Source: a virus
DNA: 19,087 bases
Strand: one strand, 5' to 3'
IMG/VR virus record: IMGVR_UViG_3300043386_000006
Coordinates: 1 to 19,087 of that record
Made by a program: the position numbers and the translations under genes. Below are positions 4,860-12,706 of the stretch, in pieces. The notes below the pieces were generated by a model that was not told where the DNA came from, searched no databases, and worked only from the letters and a program-made list of their open reading frames with translations. Positions within the stretch are counted from its first letter, which is position 1, and every line of letters begins with the position of its first letter.

Positions 4860-5441
4860 TTACGTCGGGTAGGCGAGCTTGAGCTCAAACGTGCTGGCGA
4901 ACTGGAACGACAGTGCGGTCAGCTGCGCGACGGCTGCGCCGTTCGTGTGCTGCGTCATCAGCTCGAGATAGTCGGTGCTCCCGTTCATGAACACGGTGAC
5001 CGGGGTGACCGGGAGCATGTTCGTCGACGCGATCTGCACGGACGGCAGCGGCGGTTTCGTCGCCGGCGGTATGGCCGTTGACCCGTTCTGCCGGATCCAC
5101 GAATACATGGTGATGTAGTCGGTCCGGTTGCCGAGTGCGACCGCCCCCCAAACTTCGTACCAGCCCTGAATGGTCGGGGTGAGCCGAGTGTTGTTGGTGA
5201 CGGTGTCGTGCCAGTTCGACGCGTCCAGGGTCTCGCTGGACGCGCCGAACTGCAGCGCCGTCGCAGTGTTGTGCGCGATGCTCTGCGTGGCCTGCGCGAC
5301 CAGCCGGGCCCGCGGCCGGGAGTCGACCGAGGCGACATCAGCGTCGATCGCGGTGGCCAGGTTCTGGAAGTAGGCGGCTAGCTGGTCGACAGTGTCGGTG
5401 AGCTGCGGGTACGGGTAGCCGCGCGCAGTGTTTGCGGTCAT
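4860..5441 (-). CDS. Minor tail protein / candidate receptor-binding protein (193 aa)
   Basis: The N-terminus MTANTARGYPYPQLTDTVDQLAAYFQNLATAID is the kind of conserved anchor seen in actinophage minor tail/fibre proteins. The C-terminal half is beta-rich. It is the last gene of the tail block. Confidence 0.6.
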   Translation of the reverse strand: MTANTARGYPYPQLTDTVDQLAAYFQNLATAIDADVASVDSRPRARLVAQATQSIAHNTATALQFGASSETLDASNWHDTVTNNTRLTPTIQGWYEVWGAVALGNRTDYITMYSWIRQNGSTAIPPATKPPLPSVQIASTNMLPVTPVTVFMNGSTDYLELMTQHTNGAAVAQLTALSFQFASTFELKLAYPT

Positions 5442-5442
5442 G

Positions 5443-6198
5443 TCAGCGACTCCATTGGATCGTGAGTTGACAGGATGCGGAGTACCGGCCGCGGCCGTCC
5501 AGGATGACGTACGGCGACCCGTCAGATTCGTAGACTGCGATCCCGCCGGCAGTCCCGTTGATCATTTCCTGGGCCCATGAGTTAGGCAGCTGCCACCGGG
5601 TCGCCTGTCCCCACGCCAGGTTTGGCCCGTCGGTGCTGGCGCCCAGCGTCGGCGCGCCGGACGGCCGGGTCCGTTCGGTGACCAGCCGCAGCGTCGTGTC
5701 TTGCGCCGCGGTGATCCCGCCGGCGGACCGGCGCCGCAGCTGCAGATAGCACGCGGTCGCGGTCGCGCCGGAGAGGCTGCGCGGACCGTTGCCGTAGAAC
5801 GCGCACCCGATGTGGTTTCCCTGCCCCCCGTACTGCCCCTGATAGACGTCGTCGTTGTCGGTGCGCCACTTCGAACCCTGCCTCGAGCGGGTCTCCACCG
5901 GGGTGAACGTCTTCGACCCGGTCACGACCGACGGTTTCGGTGGTGGCGGCGCCGGGTTGTCCGGGTCGCCGGCGGTCGCCGCGGTATCGAGCCGGCACGT
6001 CACCACCCACACGCCGCCGGCACGCATGAACGCAACCCGGTCGCCGGCGGCAAACGTCACGTCCCGGGCCGCGTTCATCGTGATAGCGATCCCGCCCACG
6101 GTCACGGACAGCAGACCGGCGGCTTTCGCGCCGGCCGCGATGCCGATTCCGGCCGCAATCCCGTCCAGGCTGGCCCGGTTTCCCGCTGGATCAGTCAA
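5443..6198 (-). CDS. Minor tail protein (251 aa)
   Basis: The TTG start is preceded by AAGGTGG and overlaps the previous gene by 8 nt. It has a Gly/Ala-rich N-terminus, a PAPPPPKP linker and a beta-rich C-terminal domain. Position is within the tail-tip block. Confidence 0.6.
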   Translation of the reverse strand: MTDPAGNRASLDGIAAGIGIAAGAKAAGLLSVTVGGIAITMNAARDVTFAAGDRVAFMRAGGVWVVTCRLDTAATAGDPDNPAPPPPKPSVVTGSKTFTPVETRSRQGSKWRTDNDDVYQGQYGGQGNHIGCAFYGNGPRSLSGATATACYLQLRRRSAGGITAAQDTTLRLVTERTRPSGAPTLGASTDGPNLAWGQATRWQLPNSWAQEMINGTAGGIAVYESDGSPYVILDGRGRYSASCQLTIQWSR

Positions 6199-7288
6199 CG
6201 GTGACCACCTTGATTTTCATCGGTCCGGTAGCGAACAGCGGCAGGTTCATCGCCTCGACCGTGCAGAGCAGGTCAGTCCCGTAGTCACAGGTGATCGTGA
6301 CGACGTCGCCGATCTGCAGCGTCGGATCGGGTACCGCGGTGATGCTGTACGCGCGGCGTGCTGCCTGCCGGAGTTTGTTGCGCATGATCGACCGGGCGGC
6401 CGAGTAGGCGCCGGCGCGGTCGCCGATCAGCGGGCTGGAGTAGACGTACGGCACGGGCAGCGGGTTGGCCTGTCCGCCCGGGTACGCCCAGGGCCCGGTG
6501 GGGACGTACTGGGTGCCGCGGACTTCGGTCCCGTCCGGCTGGTACCCGGTCGCGAGCACGGCGTTGAAAGCGCCGTCGCGGGTGGACTTGCCGGCCGCGG
6601 TGATCACGGTTCCGCCCGTGCCGGACGTGTAGGCGGCCACGATGTCCGCGGTGGTGGGTAGGTCGTCGGGGAGGACCTGGAGGTACCCGCCTTCGTTCAT
6701 GCGGACGCTCGCCGGCCACGTGTCGATGAGTTCGTAGAACGCGGCGAGCCTGTCGACGTCAAAGTTGACCGGGTTCGAAGGCAGCGCCTTGTCGGCCGGC
6801 GCGGCGGTCATGTCGATGGTCAGCGCCGGCTCGACCAGGGCCCGCGCGGTCGCCGCTACCGTCCCGGTCGGCTGGAACGGGGCGATAAACCGAGCCTCAT
6901 CGATGAGCGCCAGCAGACCGACCGCGGTAACGGTCAGCGTCTCGCCGTCGTCTGCCTGGTCGGTTTCCTGGATCAGGAACTCGCCGCGCTGAAACCAGGC
7001 GATGCCGTCGGGGCCCTGCCCGATGCCGAGTGAGATTTTCAGGGTCTGCCCGTTCGCTGCGAGCGGCGAGTCTTCGTCCGATGGTGTCCAGTCGGTACCG
7101 AACGCTCGTTTGGGCACGGTGAGCGTGACCCGTTCCGGGACGCGTAGGGACCGGTCGGTCTCTTCGGAACCGGCGGTCACCGGTACGTCCGTGGCCAGCA
7201 ACTCATCGCCGAGCCACGCTTGCGCGTTGAACCGGTATTCGTAGCTGCCGCCCAGGATGGCCCGCACTGTGTCGGAGACGTCGATCAT
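6191..7288 (-). CDS. Minor tail protein, Tal-like tail-tip protein by position (365 aa)
   Basis: Track ORF 6191..7498 is trimmed to ATG 7288, which has an ATGA overlap with the stop of 7285..8676. MIDVSDTVRAILGGSYEYRFNAQAWLGDELLATDVPVTAGSEETDRSLRVPERVTLTVPKR... The upstream 70 track codons are Arg/Gly/Pro-rich and overlap the previous gene. Confidence 0.65.
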   Translation of the reverse strand: MIDVSDTVRAILGGSYEYRFNAQAWLGDELLATDVPVTAGSEETDRSLRVPERVTLTVPKRAFGTDWTPSDEDSPLAANGQTLKISLGIGQGPDGIAWFQRGEFLIQETDQADDGETLTVTAVGLLALIDEARFIAPFQPTGTVAATARALVEPALTIDMTAAPADKALPSNPVNFDVDRLAAFYELIDTWPASVRMNEGGYLQVLPDDLPTTADIVAAYTSGTGGTVITAAGKSTRDGAFNAVLATGYQPDGTEVRGTQYVPTGPWAYPGGQANPLPVPYVYSSPLIGDRAGAYSAARSIMRNKLRQAARRAYSITAVPDPTLQIGDVVTITCDYGTDLLCTVEAMNLPLFATGPMKIKVVTVD

Positions 7289-8676
7289 GAGAGATCCGCC
7301 TGTGCGAGATCGATGAACGTCGCGTAGTCCGCGCCGAGGTCCTGCAGCGTGTTCGGGGGCGGGTACGCCGCTGCAAGGTCCGCCAGCGTGAAGCCGCGTG
7401 CGACCAGCGCCAGCGACCAGCCGTCGACCTCGGCGAATTCGATGGTCACGAGCCGGGCCTGTTTCGTCCCGTCCTGCAGCCACCGCCGGGTGCTCCACCG
7501 GTCAACGGCTAGGTACGCGTCGATGCCGTCGTAGCCGCCCGGCTGACGCACCTGGACGATGCCGTCGGTGGCTGTGGCCAGCAGGTCGATCAGGTTGTCG
7601 TACGACGTCGTGGTTTCCACCAACAGTTCGTAGCTGCCCTCATCCTGTCCAGCCGGGCCGACCACGACCACGTTGCGGCCTGCCACCCGCATCCGGGCCG
7701 CGTCTCTGCCGTTGGTCCGGTCTCCCTCGGCGCCGATGACGACTTCGGCGGCCGCCCCGGTGATCGCGTCGCTCAGCGCCACCTTGCCGCCGGTCAGCGT
7801 GTAGGTGACCGCCGATGTCGTGTACTCCGCGGCGCCGGCGACCACGATCACGTAGGCGACCGGTACGCCGAACGGCAGCTCAGCATCGAGGATCAGCGCC
7901 GCGGTATCGGTGGCCGCGGTGACCGCGCCGCGGAGCTCGGTGCGGACGCCGGCGACCAGCCGGTACGCGGTGACCGAATCGCCGATGGTCAGCCCGGTCA
8001 CGGCGATCTGGTTGCGGGGCGGCCACGTGTCCAGGTTGGTCACCGTGACCGCGGCCGCCGGCTTCAGGGCGAGGAGCAGGCCGCGGGAGATCGCCGCGGC
8101 GCCACCGGTGACGGTCACCGCGGCGGACACGATGTCCGCCTCGGTCGTCTGGATTTGGTAGTACATCGCCTGGAATGCATCGTCGCCGGTGGTCGTCGAC
8201 GTCATCCCGATAGCGGTCCACCCGCCCGGGGTGGTGAGGCTGGTGGCGTCGTCCTGCTTCCAGAGCGCCATCAGGAGCGCGTGAGCGTCCTCCGGTACGT
8301 CCAGGGATGGGTACGTGACGTTCTGGGCGCTGGCGTTGAGCACAGCGGCGCTGGTCGTCTGTGTGAGCGCGTCCGGGGACACGTTGCGGAACGCCGCGAC
8401 CCGGCCGATGGTGTCCGCGTTGGCCACGCCGCCGGTGAACGTGATCACGGGCGCGGTGACGGCCGGGTTGTAGAAGCGGCCGAGCACCGACACGTTGCCG
8501 CTGGTGGCCACCACCGACCAGCCGGACGCGCCGGCGACCGTGCCCGTGCCGGAGTTGCGGATACTCGCCAGTGCGAGGAGCAGGTCACCAGTGACGACGC
8601 CGGCCGGCAGCGCCGGCGACACCGATGCGTTGTTTCCGGTCGCGGCCGCGCCGGCGCCGACGTAGGTGATCGTCAT
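7285..8676 (-). CDS. Minor tail protein, distal-tail (Dit)-like C-terminal part with a long N-terminal extension (463 aa)
   Basis: Track ORF 7285..8700 is trimmed to ATG 8676, which has an ATGA overlap with the tape measure stop. It is the first gene after the tape measure, the usual Dit position. The N-terminal roughly 220 aa look like two related modules (see findings). Confidence 0.6.
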   Translation of the reverse strand: MTITYVGAGAAATGNNASVSPALPAGVVTGDLLLALASIRNSGTGTVAGASGWSVVATSGNVSVLGRFYNPAVTAPVITFTGGVANADTIGRVAAFRNVSPDALTQTTSAAVLNASAQNVTYPSLDVPEDAHALLMALWKQDDATSLTTPGGWTAIGMTSTTTGDDAFQAMYYQIQTTEADIVSAAVTVTGGAAAISRGLLLALKPAAAVTVTNLDTWPPRNQIAVTGLTIGDSVTAYRLVAGVRTELRGAVTAATDTAALILDAELPFGVPVAYVIVVAGAAEYTTSAVTYTLTGGKVALSDAITGAAAEVVIGAEGDRTNGRDAARMRVAGRNVVVVGPAGQDEGSYELLVETTTSYDNLIDLLATATDGIVQVRQPGGYDGIDAYLAVDRWSTRRWLQDGTKQARLVTIEFAEVDGWSLALVARGFTLADLAAAYPPPNTLQDLGADYATFIDLAQADLS

Positions 8677-10391
8677 CGGGTGCCGACTCTCTGGCGCCAC
8701 GCGTCGCGTTTGGACCGCGCGGTGATCATCCGATCGGTGGTCGTGTAGACGATGCTGCCGTCCAGGGTGACCGTCACGTAGTTGTCCAGGCGCTCTGCCA
8801 TCGGGGCCCGGGCGGGCTCGGCCGGCCGCGGTTCGCTGCCAGCGAACAGGAACGGGCTCGCCGAGTTGTTTTTGCTGATCGCGGACGCAAGCGCGGAATC
8901 GGAGAGTTTCGAGCCGGTGATCTTGCGCGCGATGGTGATCGTGACGGTCTTGCCTTTGAGCGAGTTGATCTTGTCCTGGAGTGCGCGAATGTCACCCTGC
9001 GCAGGTTTCGTGTTCGCGTTGATCTTGACATCTTTCTTCACCGGGATCAGCCCCAGCGACGTCGCGAGCTCCTCAGCTTTTTGCTTGCTCCCGGTCATCG
9101 ACGTAGCGAGCTTGACGAACTGGGCCCTGTTCTGCTCGGCGACCGCGGACGCTTCGGCGCCTTCGCCGTTGACCTTGACCGTCGCGTTGTACTGCTCGAT
9201 CAGGGCGGCCGCGAGCCCGGACAGCGCCTCACGGTTCGCGCGGCCCTTCTCTGTGTTCGCGTCCAGGGTCTGACCGTTCTTCTTCGCCGCGTCCGATACC
9301 TGATCGATCGCGGCACCGACCCGGGTCGCAGAGTTGAACAACGACTGTCCGGCGGTCGCAAGGCCGTTCACCTGTTCGGTGAAATTCGCGATCGCGGTGC
9401 TCGAGCCGAGAATGGCCCGGCCGTAATCGTCGAACTGGATCGCGCCGGCGCCGGCCGCGGTCGCGGTGCTGTCGACCCCGGCCCGGGCCATCCGGATCTT
9501 GCCGGTCACGTGCTCCGCGGCGCCTCCTGTGTCCTCGAGGAAGTGGGTTAGCGTGCCGATCGGGCCCAGCAGACCGGCGAAGAATTGCCCGGTGAAACCG
9601 ATCTTGCTGAGCCACCCGTACATGGTGGTCAGCGCGTAGATCGTGGGCCCGGTGATGTCCAGGACCAGCCCGATACCGTCGGTGACGTCGCCCAGGGCGG
9701 CCGCGGCGCCATCGCTGCCCTTGCTGACGGTGTCCAGGAACTGGCCGACGTCTTCGCCCAGGTCACCGATCGAGTCGCCGATCTGTGCCATGACCGGCCC
9801 GGACCGTGCGGTGAGTTTCTCGACCCCGTCGCCGATCCCCTCGATCCCGCGGGCCACGCCGTCGATCAGCGGTCCGACGTTCTTGGCGCCCTGAGCGAAG
9901 ATGGACTCGAAGTCGATCGTGTCGAGAGCGTCTTCGATCTTGGCGATGCCGTCGACGGTGGTCTGTACGAACGGCTGGGCGGCGTGGGTGAGCTCGATCG
10001 AGACCCGGTTCTTCATCCCTCGGGCGGCCGCCTGGACACGGGGATCATCGGCGACCAGGGCGATACCACCGACGATCCCGCCGGCACCGACCCCACCGAT
10101 CACCGCGGCGGACATTGAGGCGGCGATCAGCGGCGCCGCGGCGACCGCGGCGCCGGCCAGCAGGGGCGTCGCCGCTTCCGATGCGGACGCGAACCCGCGG
10201 GTCAGCCCGGCGGCGAGCTTCGGCGAAACGGCGGCCGCCATCTTGACCATGTTGTTCGCGAAGTCGCTGCCGAGCTTGTCGCCGTCTTTCTTAATCGACT
10301 CCGCGGTGCGTTTCATCCGGCGTTGCGCGGACGCTGCAGCCTCACCGGTCTTGTCGCTGGCCGTGTAGTTGAATTCGACGTCTCTGGGCAC
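8673..10391 (-). CDS. Tape measure protein (572 aa)
   Basis: It is the longest ORF of the tail block. It is Ala/Gly-rich and helical-looking, with a Gly-rich hydrophobic stretch AAVIGGVGAGGIVGGIALVADD. It lies between the chaperone region and the tail-tip genes. GTG start. Confidence 0.85.
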   Translation of the reverse strand: MPRDVEFNYTASDKTGEAAASAQRRMKRTAESIKKDGDKLGSDFANNMVKMAAAVSPKLAAGLTRGFASASEAATPLLAGAAVAAAPLIAASMSAAVIGGVGAGGIVGGIALVADDPRVQAAARGMKNRVSIELTHAAQPFVQTTVDGIAKIEDALDTIDFESIFAQGAKNVGPLIDGVARGIEGIGDGVEKLTARSGPVMAQIGDSIGDLGEDVGQFLDTVSKGSDGAAAALGDVTDGIGLVLDITGPTIYALTTMYGWLSKIGFTGQFFAGLLGPIGTLTHFLEDTGGAAEHVTGKIRMARAGVDSTATAAGAGAIQFDDYGRAILGSSTAIANFTEQVNGLATAGQSLFNSATRVGAAIDQVSDAAKKNGQTLDANTEKGRANREALSGLAAALIEQYNATVKVNGEGAEASAVAEQNRAQFVKLATSMTGSKQKAEELATSLGLIPVKKDVKINANTKPAQGDIRALQDKINSLKGKTVTITIARKITGSKLSDSALASAISKNNSASPFLFAGSEPRPAEPARAPMAERLDNYVTVTLDGSIVYTTTDRMITARSKRDAWRQRVGTR

Positions 10392-10394
10392 GGG

Positions 10395-10904
10395 TCACCG
10401 CCTCAGCTGGTCTAGGGCGCCGTCAACGGCACGGTCAATCGCGCCGTTGACCGTGTCCGCGGCGGCCGCGGCAGGCTCACGGAAGTAGCCGGGCGCCACC
10501 CGCACGGTGTGCCAGCTCGAACGGGTGCGGTGCCCCCATGACGGAGCTCGCACGCGGCCGCGGTCGATCGCGGCCATGTCGGAGCGGCCGCCGGCGGAGT
10601 TGCGGCCGCCGCGGAGCAGCATCGACACCCGCCGGGAGTTGATCTTGATGCTCGCGTTGACGCGGGCTGCGGCCACCCACCGGCCCAGCCCACCCCGCGC
10701 GGGCAACGTGGTCAGCGCCCGGGCACGGATCGTCTTGCGGATTGCGGGCAGCGGCTCACGCAGCCCCTTTCGCATGGCCTTGACGACCTCGCGCCGGCCG
10801 TCGAACGCGCGGAGCTCCGCGGCCACGATCCGCCAGTCCGCCACCCCGCTCACCCCTTCATGGTCAACATGTCTTCCAGCGTGATCAGGCACCGGTCGGT
10901 CCAC
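10395..10904 (-). CDS. Hypothetical tail-module protein between chaperone and tape measure; possibly the T-like extension of the chaperone (start uncertain: GTG 10904 or GTG 10844 with GAAGGGG upstream)
   Basis: G/C third positions. ...ADWRIVAAELRAFDGRREVVKAMRKGLREPLPAIRKTIRARALTTLPARGGLGRWVAAARVNASIKINSRRVSMLLRGG... Its frame stays open upstream to 11003, overlapping the last 44 nt of the chaperone gene. Confidence 0.55.
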   Translation of the reverse strand: MDRPVPDHAGRHVDHEGVSGVADWRIVAAELRAFDGRREVVKAMRKGLREPLPAIRKTIRARALTTLPARGGLGRWVAAARVNASIKINSRRVSMLLRGGRNSAGGRSDMAAIDRGRVRAPSWGHRTRSSWHTVRVAPGYFREPAAAAADTVNGAIDRAVDGALDQLRR

Positions 10905-10959
10905 ACGGTCGGATCCAGTAGGTCGCGCAGCGGTTGCCCGCTGGCCACCGCTAGGTGGA

Positions 10960-11241
10960 TCAGTCCTCGGCGGAACGATCCGGCTGGGTAGGGTCCACCT
11001 CGATCACGTCGTCCTCCGCCACCTCGGCGAGTAGGAGATCGGCGTTGAACTTCGGCCAGCTCAGCCCGGTTTGCTTCTCCCGGACGCTGGCGCAGTAGGC
11101 CCAGAACCGCATCCGGGTGACGGTCCGATCTTCCCGGTAGAAGTCCTGCATCTCCCAGGTGGCGTAATCGCGCTGGTCGATGGTGACGACGTACTTGCGG
11201 CCGTCGGCCATCTCGACGCCAAGTTTGAGACGGCCGGCCAT
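10960..11241 (-). CDS. Tail assembly chaperone (gpG-like by position), 93 aa
   Basis: A small acidic-tailed ORF directly after the major tail gene (start shares 1 nt with its stop) and before the tape measure. MAGRLKLGVEMADGRKYVVTIDQRDYATWEMQDFYREDRTVTRMRFWAY...EDDVIEVDPTQPDRSAED. Confidence 0.6.
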   Translation of the reverse strand: MAGRLKLGVEMADGRKYVVTIDQRDYATWEMQDFYREDRTVTRMRFWAYCASVREKQTGLSWPKFNADLLLAEVAEDDVIEVDPTQPDRSAED

Positions 11242-11645
11242 CAGGCGCTAGTGCTGGTCGTGACGGCGCCCTGAACGGAGAAGGTCACATCGAATTCGCG
11301 CCACGTGCCCTCTTCACCGCCCAGCGGCATGGACCCGGACGGGACGAACATCGAGAACGCGCGGACCGTCTTGCCCGTGCCCACTTCGGCCTGGAACTCG
11401 ACGTCCACCACCGTGCCCTGTGCGGCGACCAGCGCGGTGTACAACGCGCTGCCCTGCAGCCCCTTCAGCTGGAACGTGTAGGCGGGGGTGCCCTGGTCGA
11501 CAACCTGGCCGGTCGGTGCGAGGGTCGTATAGACCTCCGTGTTCGTCTCCGCGGACGGCATGAGCGCAGTGTTTACGTCGCTCGCGTAGTCCACATCGTC
11601 GATCGACACGACCGCGTACCGCTGCTTGCCCTTGGTATCCGGCAT
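11241..11645 (-). CDS. Major tail protein (134 aa)
   Basis: Strong SD (GAGGGAGTAGAGG) before ATG 11645. It is beta-rich and Thr/Val/Gly-rich. It sits between the connector genes and the chaperone, the canonical siphovirus order. Confidence 0.7.
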   Translation of the reverse strand: MPDTKGKQRYAVVSIDDVDYASDVNTALMPSAETNTEVYTTLAPTGQVVDQGTPAYTFQLKGLQGSALYTALVAAQGTVVDVEFQAEVGTGKTVRAFSMFVPSGSMPLGGEEGTWREFDVTFSVQGAVTTSTSA

Positions 11646-11650
11646 GACCT

Positions 11651-11995
11651 CTACTCCCTCTCACTCGTGATCAAAATCCCGTATACCGGGCTGTTGTCGA
11701 CACCCAAATTGGCCGGCTCATAAGCGGTCACCCACGTCACCGGTCGCAGCGCGGTCAGGACGTCGTCAATGTGGTCGTCGACCCATGCGTCCGCGGCCGC
11801 CTCACCCTGCGGGGTGACGATCACGATCCGCCACACGTGATCGAACCCGCCGGCGCTGTCGTCGCCGCGATCGGCCTGCCACCGTAGCCACGCGTCCCCG
11901 GTCCGCGGCGTCGACGGCCGGGCCGGGTAGCACTTGACCCCGTCGATCGTGTTGAGCGCCGCAGTGATCTCGGCCCGCGCGGTCGCGATGCTCAC
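11651..11995 (-). CDS. Head-tail connector / tail-terminator-like protein (114 aa)
   Basis: Track ORF 11651..12187 is trimmed to GTG 11995, which has a GTGA overlap with the adaptor stop. VSIATARAEITAALNTIDGVKCYPARPSTPRTGDAWLRWQADRG...VYGILITSERE. It lies directly upstream of the major tail gene. The upstream track codons are Arg/Ala/Pro-rich. Confidence 0.5.
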   Translation of the reverse strand: MSIATARAEITAALNTIDGVKCYPARPSTPRTGDAWLRWQADRGDDSAGGFDHVWRIVIVTPQGEAAADAWVDDHIDDVLTALRPVTWVTAYEPANLGVDNSPVYGILITSERE

Positions 11996-12582
11996 CTGCC
12001 GACCAGCTTCCGGAACGGCCGTTCGAACCGGCGGATTTCCTGGTCGAGAGTCGGGACCACCGACAGTGACCCGTCTTCGGCGCCGGGCACGGTCAGCGCG
12101 GGCTGACCGCGCATGATCAGATTGCGCCAGCAGCGGCGCAGCAGCGCTTGCCGCAGGTCCGGCGGGTACGCCGCCGGCACGTCGCACACGCGGCGCTGGG
12201 CGTTCGTCTCGGCGTCCAGGGCGTCGGCCAGTTGGTCATCAGTCCAGCTGTGATCCTCGAGGTACTCCGCCACGTCGACGATGGTGGGCATGTCCGCCGC
12301 GGTGACGACCCCGGTCACAAACGCGGTGAAGTCCACCGCACCGTGGCCGGTGGTGACGGCCCGGGCGATGTGCCGGCCGGGGGCGGCCACGATGTACTCC
12401 GCCCGGTACCAGCCGCACCCGTCGACCGCGACGGTCGGTACATCGGTGGTGGCGTCCGGCCGGGTCACCGTGACCACAGGCACGTCGCCGGCCAGTTCGT
12501 CGCCCTGCACGGCGATCACCCACAGGCCGGACACCGGCAGCTCAACGCTCGTCGCGGTTTTCGCCGTGATCGTGCTGGCCAC
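11992..12582 (-). CDS. Head-tail adaptor (gp6/gp15-like C-terminal part) with an N-terminal beta-rich extension of roughly 85 aa (196 aa)
   Basis: Track ORF 11992..12678 is trimmed to GTG 12582, which is preceded by GGGAAGGGGGG. The C-terminal segment MPTIVDVAEYLEDHSWTDDQLADALDAETNAQRRVCDVPAAYPPDLRQALLRRCWRNL reads like phage head-tail connector/adaptor proteins. The track N-terminus would run through the intergenic hairpin. Confidence 0.6.
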   Translation of the reverse strand: MASTITAKTATSVELPVSGLWVIAVQGDELAGDVPVVTVTRPDATTDVPTVAVDGCGWYRAEYIVAAPGRHIARAVTTGHGAVDFTAFVTGVVTAADMPTIVDVAEYLEDHSWTDDQLADALDAETNAQRRVCDVPAAYPPDLRQALLRRCWRNLIMRGQPALTVPGAEDGSLSVVPTLDQEIRRFERPFRKLVGR

Positions 12583-12600
12583 GGGCCCCCCTTCCCTACG

Positions 12601-12640
12601 GATTACCGGATTGCGATTACCGGTAATCCGATAATCCGCG
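12601..12640. repeat. Cluster of direct and inverted GATTACCGG / CCGGTAATC motifs, including a perfect 14-bp palindrome
   Basis: gattaccgg at 12601..12609 and 12615..12623. Palindrome gattaccggtaatc at 12615..12628. Related ccgataatccg at 12628..12638. It is locally A/T-richer than its surroundings and lies between hairpin B and the adaptor SD. Confidence 0.85.
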
Positions 12641-12641
12641 G

Positions 12642-12699
12642 CCGAAGGATTTCCTGTCCGAGCCCGCGAGCTCCGCACCCCGGACAGGAAATCCTTCGG
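12642..12699. terminator. Copy B of the hairpin element: perfect 19-bp stem, 20-nt loop, in the head/tail intergenic gap (candidate terminator, attenuator or processing site)
   Basis: ccgaaggatttcctgtccg (12642..12660) pairs perfectly with cggacaggaaatccttcgg (12681..12699). The loop is agcccgcgagctccgcaccc. It starts 8 nt after the stop of 12707..12946. There is no U-tract. Confidence 0.6.
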
Positions 12700-12706
12700 T
12701 TCTTTC

